NCBI GenBank assembly: GCA_011191875.1
Contig: DUFC01000031.1
Location: forward strand, 117,705 to 181,704
DNA: 64,000 nucleotides
Reading direction: 5' to 3'
Source: Dehalococcoidia bacterium
Lineage (GTDB): Bacteria > Chloroflexota > Dehalococcoidia > Dehalococcoidales > W498
Positions 1 to 7,464 of the stretch are shown here, one piece after another. Each line of letters starts with the position of its first letter. Positions within the stretch are counted from its first letter, which is position 1. The position numbers and the translations under genes were made by a program. The notes beneath the pieces were generated by a model that was given only the letters and a program-made list of their open reading frames with translations, was not told the DNA's origin and searched no databases.

Positions 1-323
1 TCCAGCCCCTGGTTGGCTACTGACTGGTAAGCCTTTTCATAATCATCGTTCCAGACTATTACGGGCTCACCGGGTTCAAGCTCAGACTCGTCTTCAGTCT
101 CTATAGCCTCGATTATATAGTGGCTGAGTCCACCTCTATCCTCTAAGGTGACCAGATGCAGCTCTAACCTCTCATCCTCACTACCTACACCGCTCAAGAC
201 AACACTGAATAGTACCACAAACAGGAAAGGGAAAAGTATGGCAAATAACAGCGCCAGTCGGTCTTTAACGAATATCTTCAGATCTTTCAGCGCAATGGAC
301 CATATATGCATTAACGATGTCAT
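1..323 (-). CDS. ABC-2 type transporter permease, second permease gene (partial; C-terminal part lies beyond the window start)
   Basis: Absent from the ORF track because no stop falls in the window. The minus-strand ATG at 323 lies 7 nt after the stop of the 330..1520 permease. Translation MTSLMHIWSIALKDLKIFVKDRLALLFAILFPFLFVVLFS... parallels the N-terminus of the upstream permease (ALREVRTYLRDKADLAFSLLLPI). Confidence 0.6.
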   Translation of the reverse strand, partial: MTSLMHIWSIALKDLKIFVKDRLALLFAILFPFLFVVLFSVVLSGVGSEDERLELHLVTLEDRGGLSHYIIEAIETEDESELEPGEPVIVWNDDYEKAYQSVANQGL

Positions 324-329
324 AATCGA

Positions 330-1520
330 CTACTTACCCCCAGGCACCACTTTAAATAAAATTCGGCTGAGGATTAGACCCGCTGCAGTAACCCCAGCCA
401 GTACGGTAAGCTCCATTCCCACATCAGTCAGAGAGCCTCCTTCAGCTATTATCACACTGAAGGCAGTATTGGCATAGGTATTTATAGATAATTTGCTAAA
501 AATATATAGAACAGAGCCCTCTGAGATCGGGAAAAATGTACCACTTATCATTACCATAGCCATGGTGAAGAAAACGGCAACCCAGCTAGCCGCGTCTTCA
601 CTGCGGACAACAGAGGCGATAACCAGCCCTAGAGCGCTGCCGGCGGCGGCAAAAAACAGGGCAACCACCAGAGCCTCAATGAAGGAAAGCGGGGTAAAAA
701 TCTGAAACACGATATAGGCTAGGGCTAACAATATCAAGGTCTGCAATAATCCACGAGATACGCTAGCCAGAAATTTACCCATAAAAAGTTCACCAACACG
801 AAGACGGGTAGTGAGCAGGCGCTCCAATGTCCCCTTCTTGCGTTCCTCAACAATAGCCCTGGCGCTCAGGGTTATAGCAAAGAGGACAAACATGGTTACG
901 ATACCAGGAAGGAACTGATTCACTGGGTCAGCTGCTGTACTTATCGTTTCTTCACTCACTCCTACAATAGGCGATTGGCGCTCTCGCTCCAGCAACTTTT
1001 GCACAGTGGTCTGTATTTGGTCCTCACCAATGCCCTTGCCGAGAAAAGCTCTCTGCACTTGCCTCTCCGCCTGTACCCCCTGACTTATCTCTTCGGCTAC
1101 ACTCTGGACTATACTGGCTACTATCTGCCCTTCCGGTCCACCGTTGCCCCTCTGCCAGAAAATGAGTTGTGTTGACTTCCCAGAAGTTAGCTGAGTGGAG
1201 AAATCTTCAGGAATGTGGACAACTAGTAGCACGTCAGACCTCTCTAGCTTGGTATTCGCCTCTGACCAGGAGAGCAGGCTGACATCTAAGTTGTCCAGTT
1301 CATTCAGCCGTTTTAAAAAGAGAGTGGAGTAGGTACCTCCCTGGTCTTCATTGACTACATGGGCAGTGCCGTGGAACATTGATTCTCCGCCGAAGGCGCC
1401 GTACATCAGAGTGAAGATGGCTATCGGCAGGAGCAGGCTGAAGGCTAGGTCGGCCTTATCCCGTAAATAGGTGCGGACTTCACGCAGGGCGACTATTAAG
1501 GCTCTGCTCATAACCTTCAC
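330..1520 (-). CDS. ABC-2 type transporter permease
   Basis: 396-aa ORF with an N-terminal TM helix, a large extracytoplasmic loop and a C-terminal bundle of TM helices, the usual ABC-2 permease layout. It abuts the stop of the upstream ATPase gene. Confidence 0.85.
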   Translation of the reverse strand: MKVMSRALIVALREVRTYLRDKADLAFSLLLPIAIFTLMYGAFGGESMFHGTAHVVNEDQGGTYSTLFLKRLNELDNLDVSLLSWSEANTKLERSDVLLVVHIPEDFSTQLTSGKSTQLIFWQRGNGGPEGQIVASIVQSVAEEISQGVQAERQVQRAFLGKGIGEDQIQTTVQKLLERERQSPIVGVSEETISTAADPVNQFLPGIVTMFVLFAITLSARAIVEERKKGTLERLLTTRLRVGELFMGKFLASVSRGLLQTLILLALAYIVFQIFTPLSFIEALVVALFFAAAGSALGLVIASVVRSEDAASWVAVFFTMAMVMISGTFFPISEGSVLYIFSKLSINTYANTAFSVIIAEGGSLTDVGMELTVLAGVTAAGLILSRILFKVVPGGK

Positions 1521-2269
1521 TAGTCACGCAGGCTTCGGCCGGTTAGTTTTAAGAAGACATCTTCCAGTGTTACCTGCTCTGGTGAACCAGCCTGCCCCTT
1601 GAGTTGATAGGGGGTGTCCATAGCGATTATCCGGCCCCCATCCATGATGGCAACACGGTCGCAGAGACGGTCGGCTTCTTCCATATAATGGGTGGTATAG
1701 AGAATGGTCATTCCCTTATCCCTTAAGCCCTCAATAGTTTCGTAGATATTGTTCCGCGACTGGGGGTCTATGCCTACCGTAGGCTCATCCAGGAAGAGAA
1801 GTTCGGGATAACCCATAAGAGCGATAGCCAGGTTAACGCGTCGCTTCATACCACCGGAGAACTTGGCTATCTTTCCCTTGGCTCTCTCCGTCAACCCCAT
1901 AAGCTCCAGGTGAGCCATAGCTTGGGCTTGTGCTTCCTTGCCGTCTAGTCCCACCATTCGGCCAAAAAAGACCATATTGTCAAGGGCAGAAAGGTCTTCG
2001 TAGAGAGCTAACTCCTGAGGGCAAACCCCAATGAGGCTGCGAACAGCATCGGCATCATGTCGTATGGAATACTCTCCTACAGTAACATCGCCACGGTCCG
2101 GTTTCAGAACTGTAGACAACATGCGTATGGTCGTGGTCTTACCAGCGCCGTTAGGGCCCAGCAGGCCGAAGATTTCGCCCTTGTAGATAGTGAAAGAAAC
2201 GCCATTGACCGCCTTATGTTCATTGAAGCTCTTGTGAAGGCCTTGTGCTACCAGAAATGCTTCAGCCAT
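1520..2269 (-). CDS. ABC transporter ATP-binding protein
   Basis: Walker A GPNGAGKTT, signature FSGGMKRR, Walker B LLFLDEPTVG. The ATG at 2269 has GGGAG 7 nt upstream; the track start at 2293 is a TTG. Confidence 0.9.
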   Translation of the reverse strand: MAEAFLVAQGLHKSFNEHKAVNGVSFTIYKGEIFGLLGPNGAGKTTTIRMLSTVLKPDRGDVTVGEYSIRHDADAVRSLIGVCPQELALYEDLSALDNMVFFGRMVGLDGKEAQAQAMAHLELMGLTERAKGKIAKFSGGMKRRVNLAIALMGYPELLFLDEPTVGIDPQSRNNIYETIEGLRDKGMTILYTTHYMEEADRLCDRVAIMDGGRIIAMDTPYQLKGQAGSPEQVTLEDVFLKLTGRSLRD

Positions 2270-2579
2270 AACTCTACTCCCTAGTTTCCCCAACGATAAT
2301 CAGAGTCTGCTAAGGTTGCCCCATATTGTAGCTCCTTGGTCCAAGATTAACAAGATGCCATGACCTGACAATGGGGCCACTTGTTCAATGTCCATGTGGC
2401 AGTTCGTTATTGGACATATTTGCTTATTTTGTTGTCCATTAAACAAAAGCCTGTTCTGTTCAATTATGGGAAGTCCTTTTATTAATCTGGCATACAACTT
2501 GTCTAAATGTTTAATAAAAGCTGTGGTCGAGGTTTCACAGGTGGGTTATACCAATGTTAGTAACGGTGCGTGGCTGGGA

Positions 2580-3596
2580 CTAGATATACCTGTCCACAGA
2601 TTTGGCAATTGCTCTGAGTTCTCCCATCAACCTGGCGAAGTCTGATGGCGTAAGAGACTGAAGACCATCTACCAAGGCTTCTTTTGGATTGGGGTGAACT
2701 TCAATAAGAAGTCCATCGGCCCCGGCCGCCACAGCCGCCTTGGCTACCGCTGGCACGAGTGAGTAGTGACCTGTAGCATGGCTGGGGTCAACAATCACTG
2801 GCAGATGGCTGACGCTCTTGATTACCGGAATGGAAGAGATATCTAGAGAAAATCGAATACTGTCCTCGAATGTTCTGATCCCCCTCTCGCACAAAATAAC
2901 CTGATTATTTCCTTCTGCTAGCAGGTAGTCAGCTGCTGTAAGCCACTCGGTGACAGTACACGAAAACCCGCGCTTCAGAACAACGGGACACTTACTCCTG
3001 CCAATACTAGTCAGCAGAGCGAAGTTTTGCATATTGCGTGAACCTACCTGAAGGATATCAGCATATTTAGAAACAAGGCTGACATCATGGGGGTCTACCA
3101 CTTCAGTGATCACCGGGATGCCAAACTGTTGCCTGGCACGTGCTAGCAATTCCAGGCCATCTTTAGCCAGACCTTGAAAACTAAAAGGAGAAGTACGTGG
3201 TTTGAAGGTGCCGCCGCGCAAAACACAGGCCCCTGACTTTCTTACCGCTCTTGCTGCTTCCACAATCTGCTCTTCACCCTCTACAGCACAAGGCCCAGCC
3301 ATAACTACAATACGCTTGCCCCCAATCTCAATCCCATTAATGTAAACAAGGCTGTCCTCTGCCTTGAATTCACGGGAGGCGAGCTTGTAGGGTTTCATAA
3401 TCCGGGCTACGCGCTCTACCCCAGGGAGGATAGCAAAAAGATCTGTGGACAACTGCCCTGTATTGCTTCCCAGTATAGCTACTACCGTTTTGTCAGTGCC
3501 TATATTTAGCTGGACATTTAGCCCCAGTGACTTAGCCCTCTGTGCTACGTCATCTACCTCCTCTGGGCTGGCACCTTTTATCATTTCGACTATCAT
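2580..3596 (-). CDS. 3-deoxy-7-phosphoheptulonate (DAHP) synthase, type I-beta with an N-terminal regulatory domain
   Basis: 338 aa. The C-terminal ~260 aa carry DAHPS/KDO8PS barrel motifs (GPCAVE, KPRTSP, QVGSRNMQN, DPSH). The N-terminal ~70 aa form an extra ferredoxin/ACT-like domain, as in Thermotoga-type enzymes. Confidence 0.85.
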   Translation of the reverse strand: MIVEMIKGASPEEVDDVAQRAKSLGLNVQLNIGTDKTVVAILGSNTGQLSTDLFAILPGVERVARIMKPYKLASREFKAEDSLVYINGIEIGGKRIVVMAGPCAVEGEEQIVEAARAVRKSGACVLRGGTFKPRTSPFSFQGLAKDGLELLARARQQFGIPVITEVVDPHDVSLVSKYADILQVGSRNMQNFALLTSIGRSKCPVVLKRGFSCTVTEWLTAADYLLAEGNNQVILCERGIRTFEDSIRFSLDISSIPVIKSVSHLPVIVDPSHATGHYSLVPAVAKAAVAAGADGLLIEVHPNPKEALVDGLQSLTPSDFARLMGELRAIAKSVDRYI

Positions 3597-3867
3597 AGCC
3601 TGTTATGTTAGCTCATTCACAAGTCGTGATTTCTTGTTCAACTCACTGAAATGCAATCCCTGGCTCTCGTCACTTTCAGTAATGATAATGGTGACAGGAG
3701 CTAGCCGTCAAGCCTGATGGTAAGAAAAGCGTAGCTTTCATGTTACTTCGTCATACTACAACAATCATTACAGTCACCCTGAGACTGGCATGCTTCCAGC
3801 TAATGACCGGAGTATACAAAAAGATGGAAAGTGTGATACCCCATGTAAAAAGGCTTGTCTTTTAGCA

Positions 3868-3896
3868 TTGACTTTCAAAACGGATGGTTATACCAT
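3868..3896 (+). promoter_or_regulatory. candidate sigma70-type promoter for the 3944 gene
   Basis: TTGACT (3868-3873), 17-nt spacer, TACCAT (3891-3896). Confidence 0.3.
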
Positions 3897-3943
3897 TAGA
3901 TGAGAGGTGTGAATTGGGCTAGAATTTAAGTCAGAGGAGGTGG

Positions 3944-4186
3944 GTGATGGAGCCAATCAAGGACACTGTAAAAGTCAAAAAGATGTTTGCGCAAGGTCAG
4001 TTAACTCTTGTAGACCCACAGACTGGGTATAGGTACTCGATGGTTGCGCGTTGTCCGAAAGATGGTAGCTTCGCCTCTGTGGCCAGTATCGAGAGGGCAG
4101 AACAATCGCTAATTAGAGTGACATTTCAATGTAGTTCATGCTTCACTCAGTTTGAGGTGAGTCAAGACGACATATACATCTGCTAG
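3944..4186 (+). CDS. hypothetical small protein (80 aa)
   Basis: The ORF is preceded by a strong SD, GAGGAGG; the start is GTG 3944 or ATG 3947. No recognisable family. Four Cys residues including CSSC. Confidence 0.5.
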   Translation: MMEPIKDTVKVKKMFAQGQLTLVDPQTGYRYSMVARCPKDGSFASVASIERAEQSLIRVTFQCSSCFTQFEVSQDDIYIC

Positions 4187-4344
4187 ACATTACTAGTAGT
4201 TTGATGCCAGAAGGAAGAATAAGCATAGCGTGCTTTGCTGGCATACAATTTGATGGTATGTGTCCTCTGAAGTTAATAAGCACTGCCCACATTGTCTAAT
4301 TTCAACTCTTTAATTTCCAAAACAGGCTACTCTAAAGCATAACC

Positions 4345-4390
4345 TATATTAAATGCTTTAATTTGTTCTATAATGCATTTCTATTGTATT
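4345..4390. repeat. 46-bp AT-rich direct repeat, copy A (partner at 7205-7250)
   Basis: tatattaaatgctttaatttgttctataatgcatttctattgtatt versus tatattaaatgctttggcttgttttataattcatttctattgtatt. Only a few substitutions; same orientation. Confidence 0.7.
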
Positions 4391-4665
4391 TTAGTGCTTC
4401 TATAGCTTGCTTGTTGCTGAAAAATTAAGCACTAATAGTAATATGAGCTCCGAAAAAGAATAGCCTGTCTACTTAGAGTGTGCATTGCTGAGTCGTGGTG
4501 TTATTGTCGAAGATACACAAGATTATAGAGTTTTGGCTATTTATTAGATAATCATGGGTTCTATACTCAGGTGTAGCATTAGACTATTATCATTAGTAAC
4601 CTACAGTTAGTTCTCCAGCCGGGAAAAGCTACACCCTTCAGTTTGGGCCAAAATCGTATCTAAAC

Positions 4666-4701
4666 AGGAAAGGGAGCTCACATAAAGGAGCTCCCTTTCC
4701 T
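4666..4701. other. perfect 14-bp inverted repeat (hairpin) in an AT-rich spacer
   Basis: AGGAAAGGGAGCTC, loop acataaag, GAGCTCCCTTTCCT. No clear U-tract on either strand. Confidence 0.6.
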
Positions 4702-4924
4702 CACCATATCGCTGCCATACCGAACATTAGACACATTAAAAAAGAGGTTGATACCGTTTAATGTGAAGCTAGGTAATTGGTAAATAATCTTACGCCCAGG
4801 AGTTTATTTCCTTTTGAGAGTATTGACAAAACCGGCTCAACTACTTAAAGTTCCATCATATAAACTAAACTTAATAACAAATTGGGTTGGGGAAAGTGAT
4901 GGTAATAAACAAAGGAGGCACAGG

Positions 4925-6010
4925 ATGAGGCAATCCAAACTATTCACTGCTGTTATTACTCTTGCTCTGCTGGGGGCAATGGTTGTTGGCTGTGGCGGAC
5001 CTAAGGGTGTTACCTTCCCTGATGAGAACCTAGAAGCAGCCATAAGGGATGCCCTCGGCAAGCTAGATGGTGAGGAAATAACGGCTGAGGAACTGGCTGG
5101 GCTTACCACACTGGAAGCTGGTGATAGCGATATTACCGACCTATCTGGTCTGGAATACTGCACCAGCCTGACTGAGCTCGGCCTTTATGATAACCAGATA
5201 AGCGACCTCACCCCTCTTTCCAACCTAACCAGCCTGACTGACCTAGGCCTTTTTGATAACCAGATAAGCGACATCTCCCCCCTTTCCAACCTCACCAGCC
5301 TGACTCGGCTCTTCCTTGTGAGGAACCAGATAAGCGACATCACCCCACTTCAAAACCTCACCAGTCTGACCGAACTCTACCTTGGCTGGAACCAGATAAG
5401 CGACATTTCCCCCCTTGACTACCTAACAAGCCTGACTGGACTCAGCCTTGAGGGTAACCAGATAAGTGACATCTCACCCCTTGCCTCACTTACTGACCTG
5501 ACTAGGCTCGTCCTTTATAGGAACCAGATAAGTGACATCTCACCCCTTGCCTCCCTAACCAGCCTGACTGAGCTTGTCATCTGGGGTAACCAGATAAGCG
5601 ACATCTCACCACTAGCCCCTCTCACCAATCTGACTGAGCTTGGCGTCTGGGGTAACCAGATAAGTGACATCTCACCTCTTGCCTCCCTAACCAGCCTGAC
5701 TGAGCTCGTCCTTGAGGGTAACCAGATAAGTGACATCTCACCTCTTGCCTCACTTACTGACCTGACTAGGCTCGTCCTTTGGGATAACCAGATAAGTGAT
5801 ATCTCACCACTAGCCCCCCTCACCAACTTAACCGAGCTCGACCTTGACGAGAACCGGATAAGCGATATCTCGCCACTGGTCGATAACAGTGGACTGGGCG
5901 CAGGAGACGAAGTATGGCTTGAAGACAACAATCTGGACCTGTCGGAAGGTTCAGAAGACACGAACGATATTAAGGCTTTAGAGGATAGGGGGGTGGTAGT
6001 TCATTACTGA
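4925..6010 (+). CDS. leucine-rich-repeat (internalin-like, 22-residue LRR) lipoprotein
   Basis: ATG at 4925 has AAAGGAGG upstream. Signal peptide plus lipobox-like MVVGC. About 12 consecutive 22-aa repeats of the form LTSLTxLxLxxNQISDISPLxx. The track ORF begins earlier (4814), but that extension lacks an SD. Confidence 0.85.
   Translation: MRQSKLFTAVITLALLGAMVVGCGGPKGVTFPDENLEAAIRDALGKLDGEEITAEELAGLTTLEAGDSDITDLSGLEYCTSLTELGLYDNQISDLTPLSNLTSLTDLGLFDNQISDISPLSNLTSLTRLFLVRNQISDITPLQNLTSLTELYLGWNQISDISPLDYLTSLTGLSLEGNQISDISPLASLTDLTRLVLYRNQISDISPLASLTSLTELVIWGNQISDISPLAPLTNLTELGVWGNQISDISPLASLTSLTELVLEGNQISDISPLASLTDLTRLVLWDNQISDISPLAPLTNLTELDLDENRISDISPLVDNSGLGAGDEVWLEDNNLDLSEGSEDTNDIKALEDRGVVVHY
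5160..5890 (+). repeat. 66-bp periodic coding repeats (LRR units) with a 264-bp higher-order repeat
   Basis: Repeat period of 66 nt. 5447-5518 and 5711-5782 differ at a single base, an offset of 264 nt or 4 units. Confidence 0.9.
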
Positions 6011-6153
6011 GGCGCCTATACAGTAGGTTAAAGGGGAAGGGAGACTCTTAAAAGGCCCATTGGCTAGTGCTCTCCGCTAATTGCACTTTCTGGCGAATTA
6101 CCGAAAAATAATTAATTGCTCCTCATTAATAGTCTTTTCCATTAATCAAATGG

Positions 6154-6180
6154 CCCTAATATTACCTTGTAATATCAGGG
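6154..6180. promoter_or_regulatory. inverted repeat abutting the -35 box (possible operator)
   Basis: CCCTAATATTAC ctt GTAATATCAGGG pairs at 11 of 12 positions and ends 1 nt before TTGACA. Confidence 0.3.
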
Positions 6181-6181
6181 A

Positions 6182-6210
6182 TTGACAATACGCTGTGCCT
6201 GCATTATATA
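6182..6210 (+). promoter_or_regulatory. candidate sigma70-type promoter
   Basis: TTGACA (6182-6187), 17-nt spacer, TATATA (6205-6210), about 20 nt upstream of the first AGGTGA SD. Confidence 0.45.
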
Positions 6211-6241
6211 TTAAAGGATCTACGTACTAGGTGATAACCAG

Positions 6242-6307
6242 GTGGAAATCAAGATCCGTTATTGCTTGGTGTGAAACTATGGACAACGTGCTGCCAAGGC
6301 TTTCTGA
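6242..6307 (+). pseudogene. truncated 5' copy of the SelW-like selenoprotein gene
   Basis: 6228-6299 repeats the SD, GTG start and first ~19 codons of the 6941 gene, including TGC-TTG-GTx-TGA (CxxU). It then diverges and reaches a second TGA at 6305. Confidence 0.6.
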
Positions 6308-6389
6308 AATGCTGGTAGCGGCTGTGAGTTAGTTATGAGGTGTAGTTCTTGTGAAATTAGAGATGATATGGCAGAACTAGGATAGTTTA

Positions 6390-6899
6390 ATGAATCATGC
6401 AACAGAAACCGACTTATACAAGGAAGAAGTGACTTCTGTGTCCACTACAATAGCAACCATCATCATGGCACTACTAGCTGCCCTTTTTCTTTCGGGTGTT
6501 ATTAGTGAACTTTTCTTTTTTCTGCATGACCCATTTACATGGGCAGTTTTTACTGGATTATTTCTTCTTACCTTAATTATTAGCATAAGTCAGTTCCTAC
6601 GGAGGAAGTTAAAAATTACTATTACTTCAGAAGCTCTTACATTAGCATTTGGATTCAAGCGTAGAACTGTGTTTTTTAATGAAATTAAGGGATGGGATAT
6701 TGATAAGGAGTTTATTAAATCTTATCGTGGTCAGGGCATACGTGTTAAGACAATAGATGGTAAGAGAACCATAATATTCGGTTCCACCAAATCACCTAGA
6801 GTTATGTTGGATTTGATGGATGGTGAATACGGAAGACTGGTTTTTTCAACTAGACAGCCTGATAAAATTGCGAGTATCTTGGCCGAAAACATCAAATAG
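6390..6899 (+). CDS. hypothetical membrane protein (two N-terminal TM helices plus a small beta-rich, possibly PH-like, C-terminal domain)
   Basis: 169-aa ORF, visibly AT-rich in codon choice compared with its neighbours. It sits between the two copies of the SelW-like 5' repeat. Confidence 0.6.
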   Translation: MNHATETDLYKEEVTSVSTTIATIIMALLAALFLSGVISELFFFLHDPFTWAVFTGLFLLTLIISISQFLRRKLKITITSEALTLAFGFKRRTVFFNEIKGWDIDKEFIKSYRGQGIRVKTIDGKRTIIFGSTKSPRVMLDLMDGEYGRLVFSTRQPDKIASILAENIK

Positions 6900-6940
6900 G
6901 GAAATAGTTGATAAGTATCTAAGTAGTAGGTGATAACCAG

Positions 6941-7189
6941 GTGGAAATCAAGATCCGTTATTGCTTGGTATGAAACTACAGACCCCGTGCTGCCAGGCTG
7001 GCAGACGAGCTGCGTAATGGCCTAAATGTCGAGGCGAAGCTTATACCAGGGTGGATTGGCACTTACGATGTAATCGTTGACGGCAAGCTGGTGTTCTCCA
7101 AGTCTAAGGTTGGACGGTTTCCCGCTCCGGGTGAAGTGATTAGCATAATCAAAGGTCTGCAAGAGAGCCCAGCAGACTCCCACAGTTGA
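6941..7189 (+). CDS. Rdx family (SelW/SelT/SelH-like) selenoprotein, UGA-Sec at codon 11
   Basis: Not in the ORF track because of the in-frame TGA at 6971-6973. AGGTGAT SD, 6-nt spacer, GTG 6941. Translation VEIKIRYCLV-U-NYRPRAARLADELRNGLNVEAKLIPGWIGTYDVIVDGKLVFSKSKVGRFPAPGEVISIIKGL... matches the bacterial SelW-like pattern (I-x-Y-C-x-x-C/U, RAAxLAxEL, hydrophobic-V-DG-x-L-x-S-K, GRFP). Stop at 7187-7189. Confidence 0.75.
6986..7007 (+). promoter_or_regulatory. candidate bacterial SECIS hairpin
   Basis: CGU[G]CUGCC-AGGCU-GGCAGACG: 8 bp with one bulged G. The apical loop contains GG and lies 22-26 nt downstream of the UGA. Confidence 0.45.
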
Positions 7190-7204
7190 ATCTAGTAGGT
7201 TTTA

Positions 7205-7250
7205 TATATTAAATGCTTTGGCTTGTTTTATAATTCATTTCTATTGTATT
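7205..7250. repeat. 46-bp AT-rich direct repeat, copy B (partner at 4345-4390)
   Basis: See copy A. It begins 16 nt after the selenoprotein stop codon. Confidence 0.7.
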
Positions 7251-7464
7251 GTAAAACTTCAGTAATTTGCTTTAATTCTTAGTTTGCTAACTTTTACTTC
7301 CAACATACTCCATAACCAACTTGATCGCCAATTGTGCACTTCTACAAGGGGAGAGGGAAGATAATTTCTTGAAGGGGATTCACAATGACAACTAAACAGC
7401 CTCTTGAAGGAGGAGGACACATAGGGCAAGGTAGATAATCACTTCACCTCTGATAACTTTTTCC

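Noticed and set aside
148-477. ORF 148..477 (+, 109 aa) and ORF 493..705 (+).
   Set aside because: Both are antisense to the two ABC-2 permease genes, with low-complexity translations.
5160-5890. The regular 66-bp repeats as a possible CRISPR array.
   Set aside because: The repeats are contiguous without unique spacers, stay in frame, and translate to a canonical 22-residue LRR. No cas genes are nearby.
4837-5961. Minus-strand ORFs 4837..5163 and 5515..5961 (108 and 148 aa) inside the LRR gene.
   Set aside because: They are antisense to a gene with clear LRR periodicity, a signal peptide and an SD. Their Ser/Leu-rich repetitive translations are a by-product of the 66-nt repeat.
6242-6307. 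The upstream SelW-like copy as an independent short selenopeptide gene.
   Set aside because: After the shared ~19 codons the frame loses all Rdx-family similarity and hits a second TGA at 6305. The hairpin seen in the full copy is altered. It is better explained as a duplication relic.
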